A DNA stretch of 64,000 bases, from positions 1 through 64,000 of the IMG/VR virus record IMGVR_UViG_3300032006_000003; one strand, 5' to 3'. Below the pieces are notes generated by a model. The model saw nothing but the letters and a program-made list of their open reading frames with translations. It was not told the origin of the DNA and made no database searches. A program made the translations under genes and the position numbers. The stretch comes from a virus. Below, in pieces: positions 36,208-46,114 of this stretch (its first letter is position 1; every line of letters begins with the position of its first letter).

Positions 36208-37635
36208 TTATTCGTTAGTAACCGTTACTGTCGGTGCGCCAGTAAGAACCTCTACGTTGTCACTAACATTCCAGTTAGCTGCGGTTACGCTCTGATTAAT
36301 CTTAAACTCCTTAGTTGCAAATCCGTCTGAAGCACCAGCGTTACCACCACCACCTATCTCGTTAAGCTGAATAGTTAGGGTTCCAATCTTCATACGGTCG
36401 AAGGAACAAGAGCCTCCTTCAGTATACAAATTGCTCAGAATCAGCTTATCTATTTTTCCATTAACAGCGGATGTAGGAGCATCTATATGTATGCGGTCAT
36501 ATGTACCGCCTGAAGTTACCATTGCTTCTGCCTGATGATGACCTCCGCCAACTGCTCGCATTCTGGAAGTCCCCGGAGTCTGGTTAATACTTTGACCATC
36601 TGAGGCATTTCCAATTATGTTAATGGTGTGTGCTGTTATGTTGTCAAAGTACATAGTTGTACACCGTGACTTTTCAATTAGCATTTCACCTACCTCTAGG
36701 AATGTACTTGTCTCACCATTACCACTCTTTACTGTTCCACCAATCAATACCGCAGTCGCACTAGCGGCTGTTCCATTAAGAGAAGTATGTGCAGAAGATG
36801 GTACTGCACCTCCAGTAAATACAGTTCCTACTGTTACATTCTCAATTTTAATCTCTCTTACGGGAGTCGAACCCATAACAACTCTTAACGTGTTGTCTTC
36901 CTTATATTCTTGCCTCCAAGCCATTGCCTGTTCCAATGTGGGATCAGGGTTTTGAGCAGGGGCGGCGTATATGCCTGAGTCACCGTTTGTGAAGCTTCTG
37001 TCAGCCAAAACTGTCTCATTCACCACGACTCCAGTTCCAGCAGTACCTCCGATTGCGAGAAGTCCTATTGCCATCTGTGGACTGAATCCCATCATTCTTA
37101 GGAATGAATATGGAGACATCAGTATTTTAAATGTCGTCTTCCATTTTGCCGATTCATTATTAGCATATTCAATCTTTTCCAATACCCAATTTCGCCAGAC
37201 CGTAATTTTTTTGTATAGAGTAATCGGAGATCGTAGAATTGCTTTTGGAGCCGTTCTAAAGTTATTTAAGTGTAGCAATAGTCCAAATAGGATTAAACCT
37301 GATGAAACTCCTATAGTAGGAATTAAATTAGCTTGTAGAAATAATACTTGAGTATATAACTCATTTGCTAATCCCATTGAGATATAAGGAGTAATTGCTG
37401 GGATTGGATTAATATAAGATACAAATAACCCTAGGCCCCCTAGCAGTACGAGTAAAGCTGTATTAATGGCTCCCACCACAGTACTAATCCCTTTTAAAGG
37501 AATTTTAATAGAAGGCAAATTAACTTTAGGCATATCCAAACGTATCATTGGCAATGATGCTTTCGGCAATCTAAAACTGATTTTAGGCATATTAAGTGTT
37601 GGAATTGTTAATTTTCGTAAAAAACGTTTAAACAT
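36208..37635 (-). CDS. multi-pass membrane protein with a C-terminal beta-rich domain
   Basis: Start MFKRF after AGGAGG; (M/L)P(K/S) repeats; about 3 TM segments. Confidence 0.7.
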   Translation of the reverse strand: MFKRFLRKLTIPTLNMPKISFRLPKASLPMIRLDMPKVNLPSIKIPLKGISTVVGAINTALLVLLGGLGLFVSYINPIPAITPYISMGLANELYTQVLFLQANLIPTIGVSSGLILFGLLLHLNNFRTAPKAILRSPITLYKKITVWRNWVLEKIEYANNESAKWKTTFKILMSPYSFLRMMGFSPQMAIGLLAIGGTAGTGVVVNETVLADRSFTNGDSGIYAAPAQNPDPTLEQAMAWRQEYKEDNTLRVVMGSTPVREIKIENVTVGTVFTGGAVPSSAHTSLNGTAASATAVLIGGTVKSGNGETSTFLEVGEMLIEKSRCTTMYFDNITAHTINIIGNASDGQSINQTPGTSRMRAVGGGHHQAEAMVTSGGTYDRIHIDAPTSAVNGKIDKLILSNLYTEGGSCSFDRMKIGTLTIQLNEIGGGGNAGASDGFATKEFKINQSVTAANWNVSDNVEVLTGAPTVTVTNE

Positions 37636-37645
37636 AGCGGACCTC

Positions 37646-37927
37646 CTATTCATCAAATGACAGTATGTATATTGGAGTTCGTTCTCCCATATATGCTCCA
37701 CGGATATTAAACTCAAAAAAGTCTATTGCATCTTCATAAGTCATCTTATCTCGCTTCACCAGCACATCTAAAATTTTTTCCTCACTATATACTGCTCGTG
37801 GTGGATCATCATCAGTTACGCCTAAAAATGCTTCTGCGTAATCCATCCGTTCTTCATCTGATCCTAACACTAACAGACTTTCATCCATCATTTCCGCCCA
37901 TTCCATTGCAATCTCTAATCTATTCAT
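37646..37927 (-). CDS. conserved phage hypothetical protein
   Basis: RAVYSEEKI..MTYEDAIDFFEFNIRGAYMGERTP. Confidence 0.7.
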   Translation of the reverse strand: MNRLEIAMEWAEMMDESLLVLGSDEERMDYAEAFLGVTDDDPPRAVYSEEKILDVLVKRDKMTYEDAIDFFEFNIRGAYMGERTPIYILSFDE

Positions 37928-37953
37928 CGTTATATTATACTCCTAATTTCGTA

Positions 37954-39792
37954 TTATGCTATGACACATACACTAAAACCGCAGTTTTTACATGTCTCAC
38001 ACCCTGAATCAGCTACTATATAAGGTGAATCACAACATGGCTCATTCATTGGAGAGTCTTGTGTACCTTTAACTAGTACTTCTTTCTCTCGACTTCCTGC
38101 CCTATACACAGTAATTCCTTTACATTGTTCTCGCCACGCCAACATATATGTATCGTATACATCCTCAACTGTTGCTTCTGTAGGCATATTAATAGTTTTT
38201 GATATACCTGAATCTATGTGAGGCTGGAAGAATGCTTGCATTAATACATGGTCAGCAGCTGAGATTTCAGGAGCCGTAATATATATCTTTTTAATATCGT
38301 CAGGTACTTCATCTCTATCCTGTAAGGATTCTCCTTTAGCTAAAGCGTTCATTAACTCTTCAGAATAAAACCCTCGATCACGGGCTTCCTTCTCAAAATA
38401 TTCATTAGTATATCGTAAAGTCTTGCCTTCTAGTATATTTTGCTTTTCCCATGCTAAAGCGAATGTAGGCTCAATTCCTGATGAACAGTTAGCAATCATA
38501 GAAATAGTTCCCGTTGGGGCGATAGTCATACGACACGCATTTCTATATACCTCTGTAATTGGATGAAAATTACTCTGTTCAAAAGCTGGAAAAGGTCCTC
38601 GTTTAACTGCAAGATCGAGAGATGCTTGATCAGCAATCTCTTGAATATATCTTATAAGAGATTGCCCAATTTTTCTCGCTTCTAATGAATTATATGGAAC
38701 CCTAAGTTGTATTAATAAATCAGCGAAACCCATTATACCTACACCAATCTTTCGAGTAGCTTTTGTCATCTTCTCAATAGCAGGCGTAGCATAATGATTA
38801 GCGTCAATAACATTATCTAGAAAGTTTACAGATAACTGCGTAACTCTTTTTAAGCCTTCCCAATCAATTTTATCTTCCCATTTTTCAGTCCATTCATCCT
38901 GATAAAATTTTGCTATATTAATTGAACCTAAGTTGCAAGATTCATTTGGTAATAGTGGTTGTTCACCACATGGATTTGTAGCAATCATTTGACCGAACTC
39001 TTTCTTAACATGATTATCCGCATTTACTTTATCTAGAAAAATCATTCCCGGCTCACCATTTTTCCATGCCCCTTCACATATCTTTTTAAATACGTATCGT
39101 GCTGATATAGTATCAACCATATGCTTTGTCTGTGGATCAATTAACCCATATGACAGGTCATACTCAACCATTTTCATAAACTGAGTATCAACGCCAACAC
39201 TAATATTGAAATTGTGTATATCACCTTCACTAGATTTAGCGTCGATAAATTCAAGAATGTCGGGATGATAGACAGACATAACAGCCATATTCGCTCCATC
39301 ACGTTTACCTCCCTGTGTAATCATGGACGAAACTCTTGAAAGTGTTTTTAATACTTCAATTGGTCCACAAGCAACACCATGTGTAGATTTAATTTTGGCT
39401 CCTTTAGGACGGAGTTTGGATAATGAAAATCCTGTTCCACCCCCAAATTTCTGTACCATTGCGGAATCTGTAGCGGCTTGCATAATACCTTCCATACTAT
39501 CTTCTAAAGGGATTACAAAACAGGCAGACAACGTACCTTGTTCTGTTCCTGCATTCATTAATGTAGGCGAATTTGGAATAAATTCAAAATTTGACATCAT
39601 ATGATAAAAATCTAATTCAAGCATAGTTTTCTCAACAGGTAACGTAAGGTACTGATTTTCTATATCAGCAACTGCTTTTGCTACCCTTTTAAATAAACCA
39701 TCAGCGTCTTCAACAGGCTCACTTTTTTCATTCTTTAAAAAATATCTGTGTCCTAATACCGTTGCTGCCTGCGGTGAAACTGTTGTTGTCAT
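37954..39792 (-). CDS. nrdJ: class II (adenosylcobalamin-dependent) ribonucleotide reductase
   Basis: PNSPTL, SACF, GGGTG, TNPCGEQPL, CNLGS, TIAPTGTIS, C-terminal Cys cluster; no nrdB seen in the window. Confidence 0.88.
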   Translation of the reverse strand: MTTTVSPQAATVLGHRYFLKNEKSEPVEDADGLFKRVAKAVADIENQYLTLPVEKTMLELDFYHMMSNFEFIPNSPTLMNAGTEQGTLSACFVIPLEDSMEGIMQAATDSAMVQKFGGGTGFSLSKLRPKGAKIKSTHGVACGPIEVLKTLSRVSSMITQGGKRDGANMAVMSVYHPDILEFIDAKSSEGDIHNFNISVGVDTQFMKMVEYDLSYGLIDPQTKHMVDTISARYVFKKICEGAWKNGEPGMIFLDKVNADNHVKKEFGQMIATNPCGEQPLLPNESCNLGSINIAKFYQDEWTEKWEDKIDWEGLKRVTQLSVNFLDNVIDANHYATPAIEKMTKATRKIGVGIMGFADLLIQLRVPYNSLEARKIGQSLIRYIQEIADQASLDLAVKRGPFPAFEQSNFHPITEVYRNACRMTIAPTGTISMIANCSSGIEPTFALAWEKQNILEGKTLRYTNEYFEKEARDRGFYSEELMNALAKGESLQDRDEVPDDIKKIYITAPEISAADHVLMQAFFQPHIDSGISKTINMPTEATVEDVYDTYMLAWREQCKGITVYRAGSREKEVLVKGTQDSPMNEPCCDSPYIVADSGCETCKNCGFSVCVIA

Positions 39793-39801
39793 GAAAACCT
39801 C

Positions 39802-41493
39802 CTATCCTCTATAGTTACAATAAATGCAAAATTTGCGTTCCGGGACCCAAAATGATGGTCGGCACTCTCCTTCATCACACTTTGGGTTAGGGCAATCCTT
39901 CATTGTTAAATCTGAATTGATTGACCCACTATAATTCATTGGCGGGGAATGTGTCAATAACTCATCTCCATCTTGCTTATCTGTAACTGTAGATTGGACA
40001 TCAAAGTTCATTTCTGCTGCTGGACTCGCATCGCCTGCTATATCATCTGCCCATATTTGAATGTTTCCAACATGGACTACCTGATTCCACGTATGTTCAT
40101 GGGCTGCCTGTAAAGCCATAGCAATCGAAAAGAATGCGTCCCCATGTCCCATCGGAGTTTCAGGTGCTTTTAATTCATTATTTACTGATAAAATTTGTTG
40201 TTTTTGTCGTTCATCTTTTAGGAGACTTACTCTATCTCCATGTACATATTGTTCAAAAATTTGTGCCATTGTGTTCTTTGCTTTTAATGTAAAATGCATA
40301 GGCCACCATGAATGGTCTAATCCTCTATCTTCTAGTTCGCCACGAGTATTATCTATATATCCTTTTGTTAAATCGTAATGTTCCGCTACCTCATTTAAAT
40401 ATTCAATTTGATCAGAGTAACTCCACCCATCTAACCATGATTGGTGTATTTGACGGGCTACCCCATTCTTTACACTAAAAATTACTAAGTGTGATGGGTG
40501 TCGTTTCTTTCCTACATCAAAGCCTGCAAATAACTGTTCATCTCTATCCACTTCATATCCTTTAGAGATAGGATAATTTTTTAAGTTTGCGTCTTCACAT
40601 TTAGTAATATCATCATCTTCAAAATAAGCCTCTGTAGAAAAGTGTGGAATTAACATGAACTCCGAAGCAAATGATTTAGGTCTGGCTCGTTGCTGTTGCA
40701 ATAACCACTCTTCACTATATAGTTCAGGCATTAACACTCTTCTATCGGGGGCAGGGTCTAAAGCTGGAAGTACCCTAGATTTAAACCGATCATCATCTTG
40801 TAGCTTAGAAAGTAAGTCTCCCGGCATCATTGGAGTTCCTAATACAATAACAGGTACTCCTTTCAATGGAATGAATAAACTCTCTGTAAGAAAGTGATCT
40901 TCGACTTTAGTAATCTGTGTAGCATTTAAGGGGTTCTCTGGGTCACGCATTACGTCATCAGCTATTAAAGCCCCATTCACATGCATTCCACGTTTAAATG
41001 AAAATAGTCCTCCATGCATAATCTCAATCGGTTTATTATCTTTCATATACCGAAACGAATAATCAGCCTTTGGATTCCTATTTGTAATCATATCCTTTAA
41101 TAGGGGATTACGATTAACTGTCTTATTAATTTCTGAGATATGATACTGCGCCATTCCATCGCTATACGATAAATAAAGTACTGACATATCTCTAGTAGCC
41201 TGTAAGAGTCTCCAAATACTGAAGGCATGACCTAACACCGTAGATTTAAAATGGAATCTAGGTAGTACAGCTACGTAATTTAAGTCTTCCTGTAAGCATT
41301 GTTCAATATCTTCAGCTACTACTCCTACATGCCAAGCCCTAAAATATTCAGGATGGTCAAATCCTTGTGACCAAATGTCTCTAAGAAACTCCCAAAAGCT
41401 TCCTTTAAATTGTGTACTTCCACCAGAGACTAACCCGTCAGCTAATTGGGAAAATGCATCAGTATAAGTAGTAACAGATTCTTTAGTAGTCAT
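39802..41493 (-). CDS. terL: terminase large subunit
   Basis: PRFHFKST Walker A, LIADD Walker B, GTP coupling motif, AGFDVG nuclease, HGDAFFS. Confidence 0.85.
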   Translation of the reverse strand: MTTKESVTTYTDAFSQLADGLVSGGSTQFKGSFWEFLRDIWSQGFDHPEYFRAWHVGVVAEDIEQCLQEDLNYVAVLPRFHFKSTVLGHAFSIWRLLQATRDMSVLYLSYSDGMAQYHISEINKTVNRNPLLKDMITNRNPKADYSFRYMKDNKPIEIMHGGLFSFKRGMHVNGALIADDVMRDPENPLNATQITKVEDHFLTESLFIPLKGVPVIVLGTPMMPGDLLSKLQDDDRFKSRVLPALDPAPDRRVLMPELYSEEWLLQQQRARPKSFASEFMLIPHFSTEAYFEDDDITKCEDANLKNYPISKGYEVDRDEQLFAGFDVGKKRHPSHLVIFSVKNGVARQIHQSWLDGWSYSDQIEYLNEVAEHYDLTKGYIDNTRGELEDRGLDHSWWPMHFTLKAKNTMAQIFEQYVHGDRVSLLKDERQKQQILSVNNELKAPETPMGHGDAFFSIAMALQAAHEHTWNQVVHVGNIQIWADDIAGDASPAAEMNFDVQSTVTDKQDGDELLTHSPPMNYSGSINSDLTMKDCPNPKCDEGECRPSFWVPERKFCIYCNYRG

Positions 41494-41990
41494 TAATTCT
41501 CCTCAGATACCAATCGTCGAAAACGTGTTGCAATACGATCAATAGTTCCTTGATCTGAAACTTCTTCTAAAATTATTGTTAATACTTCTTGTACAAAAGT
41601 CAAATTCATCATCCCTTCCATAATTTTACGTTCACCTTGAATACTTAAATCAGCGGCTCTAACCGCATCTATTGCTCTATCAAAGACTAACCCGTCTAAT
41701 TCATGAGTTGCTTTATGTCGCATAGACTCATAATTAAGTAACTGCTCTTCTTGAATCCGTGTAAAGCGATTCTTTTCAGATTCTTGTACAACATCCATTG
41801 CATCAGTACGGGCTTCATCTCGTTTATCATTCCAATTAAATCGTTTCGCCCACGCATATATTGTAGGCGGTTTTACAGACACATTAAAATCCGTAGACAC
41901 CTTTCGGGCTATATTAGCCGCAGATAAATTCCCTTCTAAATATAGGTCCATTGCTTTCATCTGAACCTCTTGAGGTATTAATTTGGGCAT
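41493..41990 (-). CDS. terS: terminase small subunit (putative)
   Basis: N-terminal HTH (TIYAWAKRFNW); coupled to terL. Confidence 0.65.
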   Translation of the reverse strand: MPKLIPQEVQMKAMDLYLEGNLSAANIARKVSTDFNVSVKPPTIYAWAKRFNWNDKRDEARTDAMDVVQESEKNRFTRIQEEQLLNYESMRHKATHELDGLVFDRAIDAVRAADLSIQGERKIMEGMMNLTFVQEVLTIILEEVSDQGTIDRIATRFRRLVSEEN

Positions 41991-41993
41991 CTA

Positions 41994-42608
41994 TTACTCT
42001 CCGATAGTGTGGTCTGTACTTCGGTTATTCTTGCTACCTTGTCCACCATAATTAACAATTCTTTCTCGTCCTCCTCCCCATTGGCTAGGAAGTCCATATG
42101 AATAATCATTAGAGTTAACAGTTTGAGAATCTATATTTCCCCCATACGGAGAACCGTCACCCTGTATTAATTTAGAAAAGTCTATATGACCTGTCTTTCC
42201 ATTTTTAGCTGCTGTATAGCAATAAGGAACCATTACTTTATCACCCGTGGCTCCACGAATTGGACGGAACCGTAAAGCAATCTCAGTAGGTCGAGAACAA
42301 ATTCGGTGGAATACTGCTTCTCCAGCGTTTGTTCCTATCGGTTGATAATTAGGATTACCTTGAATTGTTCCCCATGTCTTTTGTAAATCTTTAACTGTAT
42401 CATTCCAAAAACAGTCTTTGAACTCACACCAAACAAGTTTTCCATATTTCTCTTTAATATCTTCTTCAGTTGTTCCTTCAGGAAGCTTATCTTCATATTC
42501 AATTTTATCAGTATACTCATCAGTAAATTGAACTTTAATCTGTCCCTCATTCGTCTTTTTTATTGATCTACTCGGTCGTTGATTTGTATTACCATAACTA
42601 TTTACCAT
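41994..42608 (-). CDS. hypothetical protein
   Basis: ORF track 204 aa. Confidence 0.6.
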   Translation of the reverse strand: MVNSYGNTNQRPSRSIKKTNEGQIKVQFTDEYTDKIEYEDKLPEGTTEEDIKEKYGKLVWCEFKDCFWNDTVKDLQKTWGTIQGNPNYQPIGTNAGEAVFHRICSRPTEIALRFRPIRGATGDKVMVPYCYTAAKNGKTGHIDFSKLIQGDGSPYGGNIDSQTVNSNDYSYGLPSQWGGGRERIVNYGGQGSKNNRSTDHTIGE

Positions 42609-43098
42609 TTAATCTCTCCTTAACTTTCCAAGCTGCTATACAAGTTGCGTCTGCAAAATCTTGTTCGGGAAACTCTTCGCCCCATTTTTCTATTGCATAT
42701 TCCATAATATCTGTCTTCTTTGCATTACCATTACCAATAATTTCTTTTTTCCATTTGCGATTGTCTACAACCTCTACATCAAATCCATTAACGAGACAAG
42801 CAGTACGAACACAGCCAATAACATTGGCAATCTCTACAGTTGTCTTAGGATTTTGAATAAAAATAGCTTGTTCAATTGCTACATAAACCTTTTCATTTTC
42901 TGAACTTCTTATGTATATTTTACTCAAATCATGCCAAAAATTCACCGCAAATTCCATGAATCTTTTTTCAAATGTCTTCTCTTTACTACTCCATTTCTTC
43001 TGAGTAATAAGATTATAATCACCGTCTAAAACAGCGCAATGAATTGCTTTACTAGAGCAATCGAATCCTAAATATGCTGTTTGTTCTTTAGTCGTCAT
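42598..43098 (-). CDS. ruvC: RuvC-like Holliday junction resolvase
   Basis: LGFDCS, VAIEQ, WKK.IIGNGNAKK, DFADA. Confidence 0.8.
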   Translation of the reverse strand: MTTKEQTAYLGFDCSSKAIHCAVLDGDYNLITQKKWSSKEKTFEKRFMEFAVNFWHDLSKIYIRSSENEKVYVAIEQAIFIQNPKTTVEIANVIGCVRTACLVNGFDVEVVDNRKWKKEIIGNGNAKKTDIMEYAIEKWGEEFPEQDFADATCIAAWKVKERLNGK

Positions 43099-43279
43099 GA
43101 AACACCTTATGTACCTTTGGATGCTTTGCAACAGCCGCTACTACAAATCCGAATGTGATAGTTGCTATAAATAATATAAATATATTAATCTCAGTATACC
43201 GTCCTAATATTATTAAAAGAGCATCCTCAAAAAAATGTAATATAGAAACAATAACTGTAAATGGTATTAATCCTTTCAT
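43088..43279 (-). CDS. small two-TM membrane protein
   Basis: Hydrophobic helices. Confidence 0.55.
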   Translation of the reverse strand: MKGLIPFTVIVSILHFFEDALLIILGRYTEINIFILFIATITFGFVVAAVAKHPKVHKVFHDD

Positions 43280-43798
43280 TTACATCCCCCTATGTGTATT
43301 ATCCATACGGATAGTGACTACTCTAGAGACTGTATTATACGCTGTAGTGTATGTATTTAATAGACCCGTTATACGAGTTTCAACAGCTTCTTGTTCAATA
43401 ATCTCTCGTTTTAATTCTTTAAGAGAATCATATTTATCCATTACAGCCCCTCGAACTTCTTCTCGTGTCAATTTCTTTTTTCCTGCCTCCTCTCGTTCAT
43501 CAGCAACTCGACTAACGGCAGTTGCATATCCCTCCTCAAAGGCTGCAATTAAAGCATTTTTCTTAGCTTGTGCGTCAGATATTTGACTTTCAAGATAGGC
43601 TTTATACCCCCCGTACACAACTAAAAATTCTTCTAATTCTTTATTAGTTGAATTCATCAAATCTGAGAATTCTAAATGTTCTCGATCTTCTAAATTAACC
43701 CCCAAGGTTGGAACCATTAAAGAATCTACATATCTAGATGCAGACCCTAACGCTTTCATTGGGGACCAGCTAGAGTCACGTCTTTGCATTGACACCAT
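43280..43798 (-). CDS. UvsY-like helical recombination mediator (putative)
   Basis: Helical coiled coil with KKLTREEV, in the recombination block. Confidence 0.45.
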   Translation of the reverse strand: MVSMQRRDSSWSPMKALGSASRYVDSLMVPTLGVNLEDREHLEFSDLMNSTNKELEEFLVVYGGYKAYLESQISDAQAKKNALIAAFEEGYATAVSRVADEREEAGKKKLTREEVRGAVMDKYDSLKELKREIIEQEAVETRITGLLNTYTTAYNTVSRVVTIRMDNTHRGM

Positions 43799-44421
43799 CT
43801 ATTACCTCCACATTTACTTGGTACTTCAATCATTTCCATAATACGTAAACACCGATCTGTAATCTCTTTCCATTTCACCGGGTCACGCTGTAATTCAAAC
43901 GCCTTTAGTTGTTGATCATTCTTATTCTCATATAATACCACACCATGATCCATTGGTAATAGATTTAAATAAATCTGTAATTGAATCTCATGTTCTGGTT
44001 TTGGGGCATTTTTAAGTGCATTAAAGCCCCTTGAATTAATTGACTTTAACTCCAAAGCTATCTCTTCATACTTCTCGTGAGCCAATATAAAGTCTACCCG
44101 CCCTGAAATAACAGGATACTCCAACTTAACTCGTAGTTCACGAGAAATTAATATATCTAAATTTGCAAAATAGTCCTCCATTCGTTCTTCCAAATAAGAC
44201 CCATTATCAAAAATACGTTGTAGTTTTGCGTCTAACGGTCGTTCTTTAATAAAACCATTATAAGCTAAATACAAATATCTATCGCAAGTATTTCCTAAAG
44301 CAGAAGGATAAAACTTTCCTGCTTCCATTGGACTAAACTCTCCTGTTAGATATTTATCCAACTCTTTTAAAAGCCATTTATCTTGTGGGAAGGTCACTCC
44401 AATTTGCTTAATGCCTGCCAT
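43756..44421 (-). CDS. Cas4-like PD-(D/E)xK exonuclease
   Basis: YPSALG.C.R; GRVD..ELKS; QLQIY; C-terminal C..WC.C. Confidence 0.8.
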   Translation of the reverse strand: MAGIKQIGVTFPQDKWLLKELDKYLTGEFSPMEAGKFYPSALGNTCDRYLYLAYNGFIKERPLDAKLQRIFDNGSYLEERMEDYFANLDILISRELRVKLEYPVISGRVDFILAHEKYEEIALELKSINSRGFNALKNAPKPEHEIQLQIYLNLLPMDHGVVLYENKNDQQLKAFELQRDPVKWKEITDRCLRIMEMIEVPSKCGGNRWCQCKDVTLAGPQ

Positions 44422-44696
44422 AATGTCTCCTTTATATCTTTATATCCTACCTCTTTAATATGTAAAACATGTTGTACCATAGGTAATTCCATTAAGTCCA
44501 TATCTCTTTTAATATCTCGTTTTTTATAATGTCCGTATATACCATCTGCTTCAATAATCATGTTGATCTCAGGAATCCAGAAATCAACGACATACCGCAT
44601 AAGAAAATGCTGTGTATCATATCGTAACCCAAACTCATCCAATATCTTTTCAATAATTTTCTCCTGTGGGGTATTATCTTTAGGCGGTAAATTCAT
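44394..44696 (-). CDS. DUF559/Vsr-like endonuclease
   Basis: TPQE..YVVDF..IIEADG..H..RD..RD. Confidence 0.8.
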   Translation of the reverse strand: MNLPPKDNTPQEKIIEKILDEFGLRYDTQHFLMRYVVDFWIPEINMIIEADGIYGHYKKRDIKRDMDLMELPMVQHVLHIKEVGYKDIKETLWQALSKLE

Positions 44697-45621
44697 TTTG
44701 TAATTTTGTATAGGCATCTGTATTAGTTAAAAAGAATTCTTTAATCCCATTCATTCCCATTGCCTTTTCTTCTCCATAAGTATACCACGGCCCCGCTTGT
44801 GTAATTAATTTTCGTGCTAATCCTTCTCTAATATAGCTTTCCAATATGTCAATACCGCCTTCCACACGGAAGGGTACGACCGCAGATTTCCAGTTTTCCC
44901 CTCCCACTTTACTCTTTCTAAGGCGTACTTCCATGTCAAATCCCACATTATCATTTCCCTCCTTAATCCAACCATTACGACGTACCTGTAATAGAAAATG
45001 AGCGAAGAACCCTTGTGCTAATCCTCCGGGCATATTATCTAATGCTACAGGTCCCATACTTGATCGAACTTGATTAATAGCAATAAATGCTGATCCATGT
45101 TTTAAATTAGGTAATAGTCTTGGTAAAGAACTGTTTACAAATCGTGCTTGCCATGCAATTGGACTATATGAAAAATCTTCATCATGAATAGCTGTTGGAA
45201 CAATTCCTGCAATACTATCTAAAACAATTAAATCCACTCCAGCCTGCATGAGTTCCCTAACTGTGTCCATTGCTTCTTCCCCATTCGTGGGTTGGGCTAC
45301 CATAACATTACTGCTATCTACTCCACATTTCTCTACCCATGCTGCATCCCATGACAATTCAGTATCAATCCATGCTGCGATTCCCCCCTCTCGTTGAACA
45401 CTAACAACTGCTTGAGAGGCTAAATAAGACTTCCCTACGTTAGTTGGTCCGTATACAAGAGTCATTCTTTTCTTAGGTATACCACCACCAGTAAGAGTAT
45501 CAAGAGCAGGAATCCCGAAAGCGATACGTCCATAGGAAAAATCATCGCTATCACCTCGCAGTAAATTTAACGATTTTGATTTTAATAAACTTTCAATTGC
45601 TTCATCCGCAGTCTTCTTCAT
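44680..45621 (-). CDS. recA: RecA/UvsX recombinase
   Basis: GGGIP, YGPTNVGKS, WIDTE, IVLDSIA, INQVR, AGPWY. Confidence 0.9.
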   Translation of the reverse strand: MKKTADEAIESLLKSKSLNLLRGDSDDFSYGRIAFGIPALDTLTGGGIPKKRMTLVYGPTNVGKSYLASQAVVSVQREGGIAAWIDTELSWDAAWVEKCGVDSSNVMVAQPTNGEEAMDTVRELMQAGVDLIVLDSIAGIVPTAIHDEDFSYSPIAWQARFVNSSLPRLLPNLKHGSAFIAINQVRSSMGPVALDNMPGGLAQGFFAHFLLQVRRNGWIKEGNDNVGFDMEVRLRKSKVGGENWKSAVVPFRVEGGIDILESYIREGLARKLITQAGPWYTYGEEKAMGMNGIKEFFLTNTDAYTKLQNEFTA

Positions 45622-45887
45622 TCTCGTTGCCTCCTATGTACTGCTTCTGCCCATGCAAAATAAACAGCACAACATTGAATAATTTCTTCATACATGTGGA
45701 TATCATCTTGTTCCCAAATTGCTCTAGCTACTTCACCATTCTCTTCTGTAGCAATTACATTCCAATATTCATCAGAATGGGCTTTTTGATCTCCATACAT
45801 GGAATCTTGTCTTTCTCGTTCTTTTAAAACATCTTCTAATACTATTGCTCTCGCCACTTCATTTTCCATATTATCCTCCTGACTCAT
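45618..45887 (-). CDS. MazG-like nucleotide pyrophosphohydrolase
   Basis: ERERQD.MYG..EENGEVARA..EEIIQ..AV. Confidence 0.7.
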   Translation of the reverse strand: MSQEDNMENEVARAIVLEDVLKERERQDSMYGDQKAHSDEYWNVIATEENGEVARAIWEQDDIHMYEEIIQCCAVYFAWAEAVHRRQRE

Positions 45888-46092
45888 CTAGCATCTCATC
45901 TATATCATGATCAACTCTCTCTTTTATAAATGTCCAGACCTGATCAGCAGCTTCTTTAGACTCCTCTAATTGCTGTTGAATAGGTAACTCGGTATCAATC
46001 TGATCGACGGATAAATCTATACGACCATACTGATTAGTTTGTAAATCTCCTACTCTAAATGTAAATCCTAAATGCATACTAACTTTTGGCAT
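45871..46092 (-). CDS. hypothetical protein
   Basis: AGGAGG RBS. Confidence 0.6.
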   Translation of the reverse strand: MPKVSMHLGFTFRVGDLQTNQYGRIDLSVDQIDTELPIQQQLEESKEAADQVWTFIKERVDHDIDEMLDESGG

Positions 46093-46114
46093 TCTTTCCT
46101 CCTACTATTTGACT

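Noticed and set aside
43756-44421. CRISPR-Cas system (Cas4-like gene, CCACAAGGTG repeats)
   Set aside because: No other cas genes and no regularly spaced array. The repeats are kilobases apart with promoter geometry, and stand-alone Cas4-like nucleases are common in phages.
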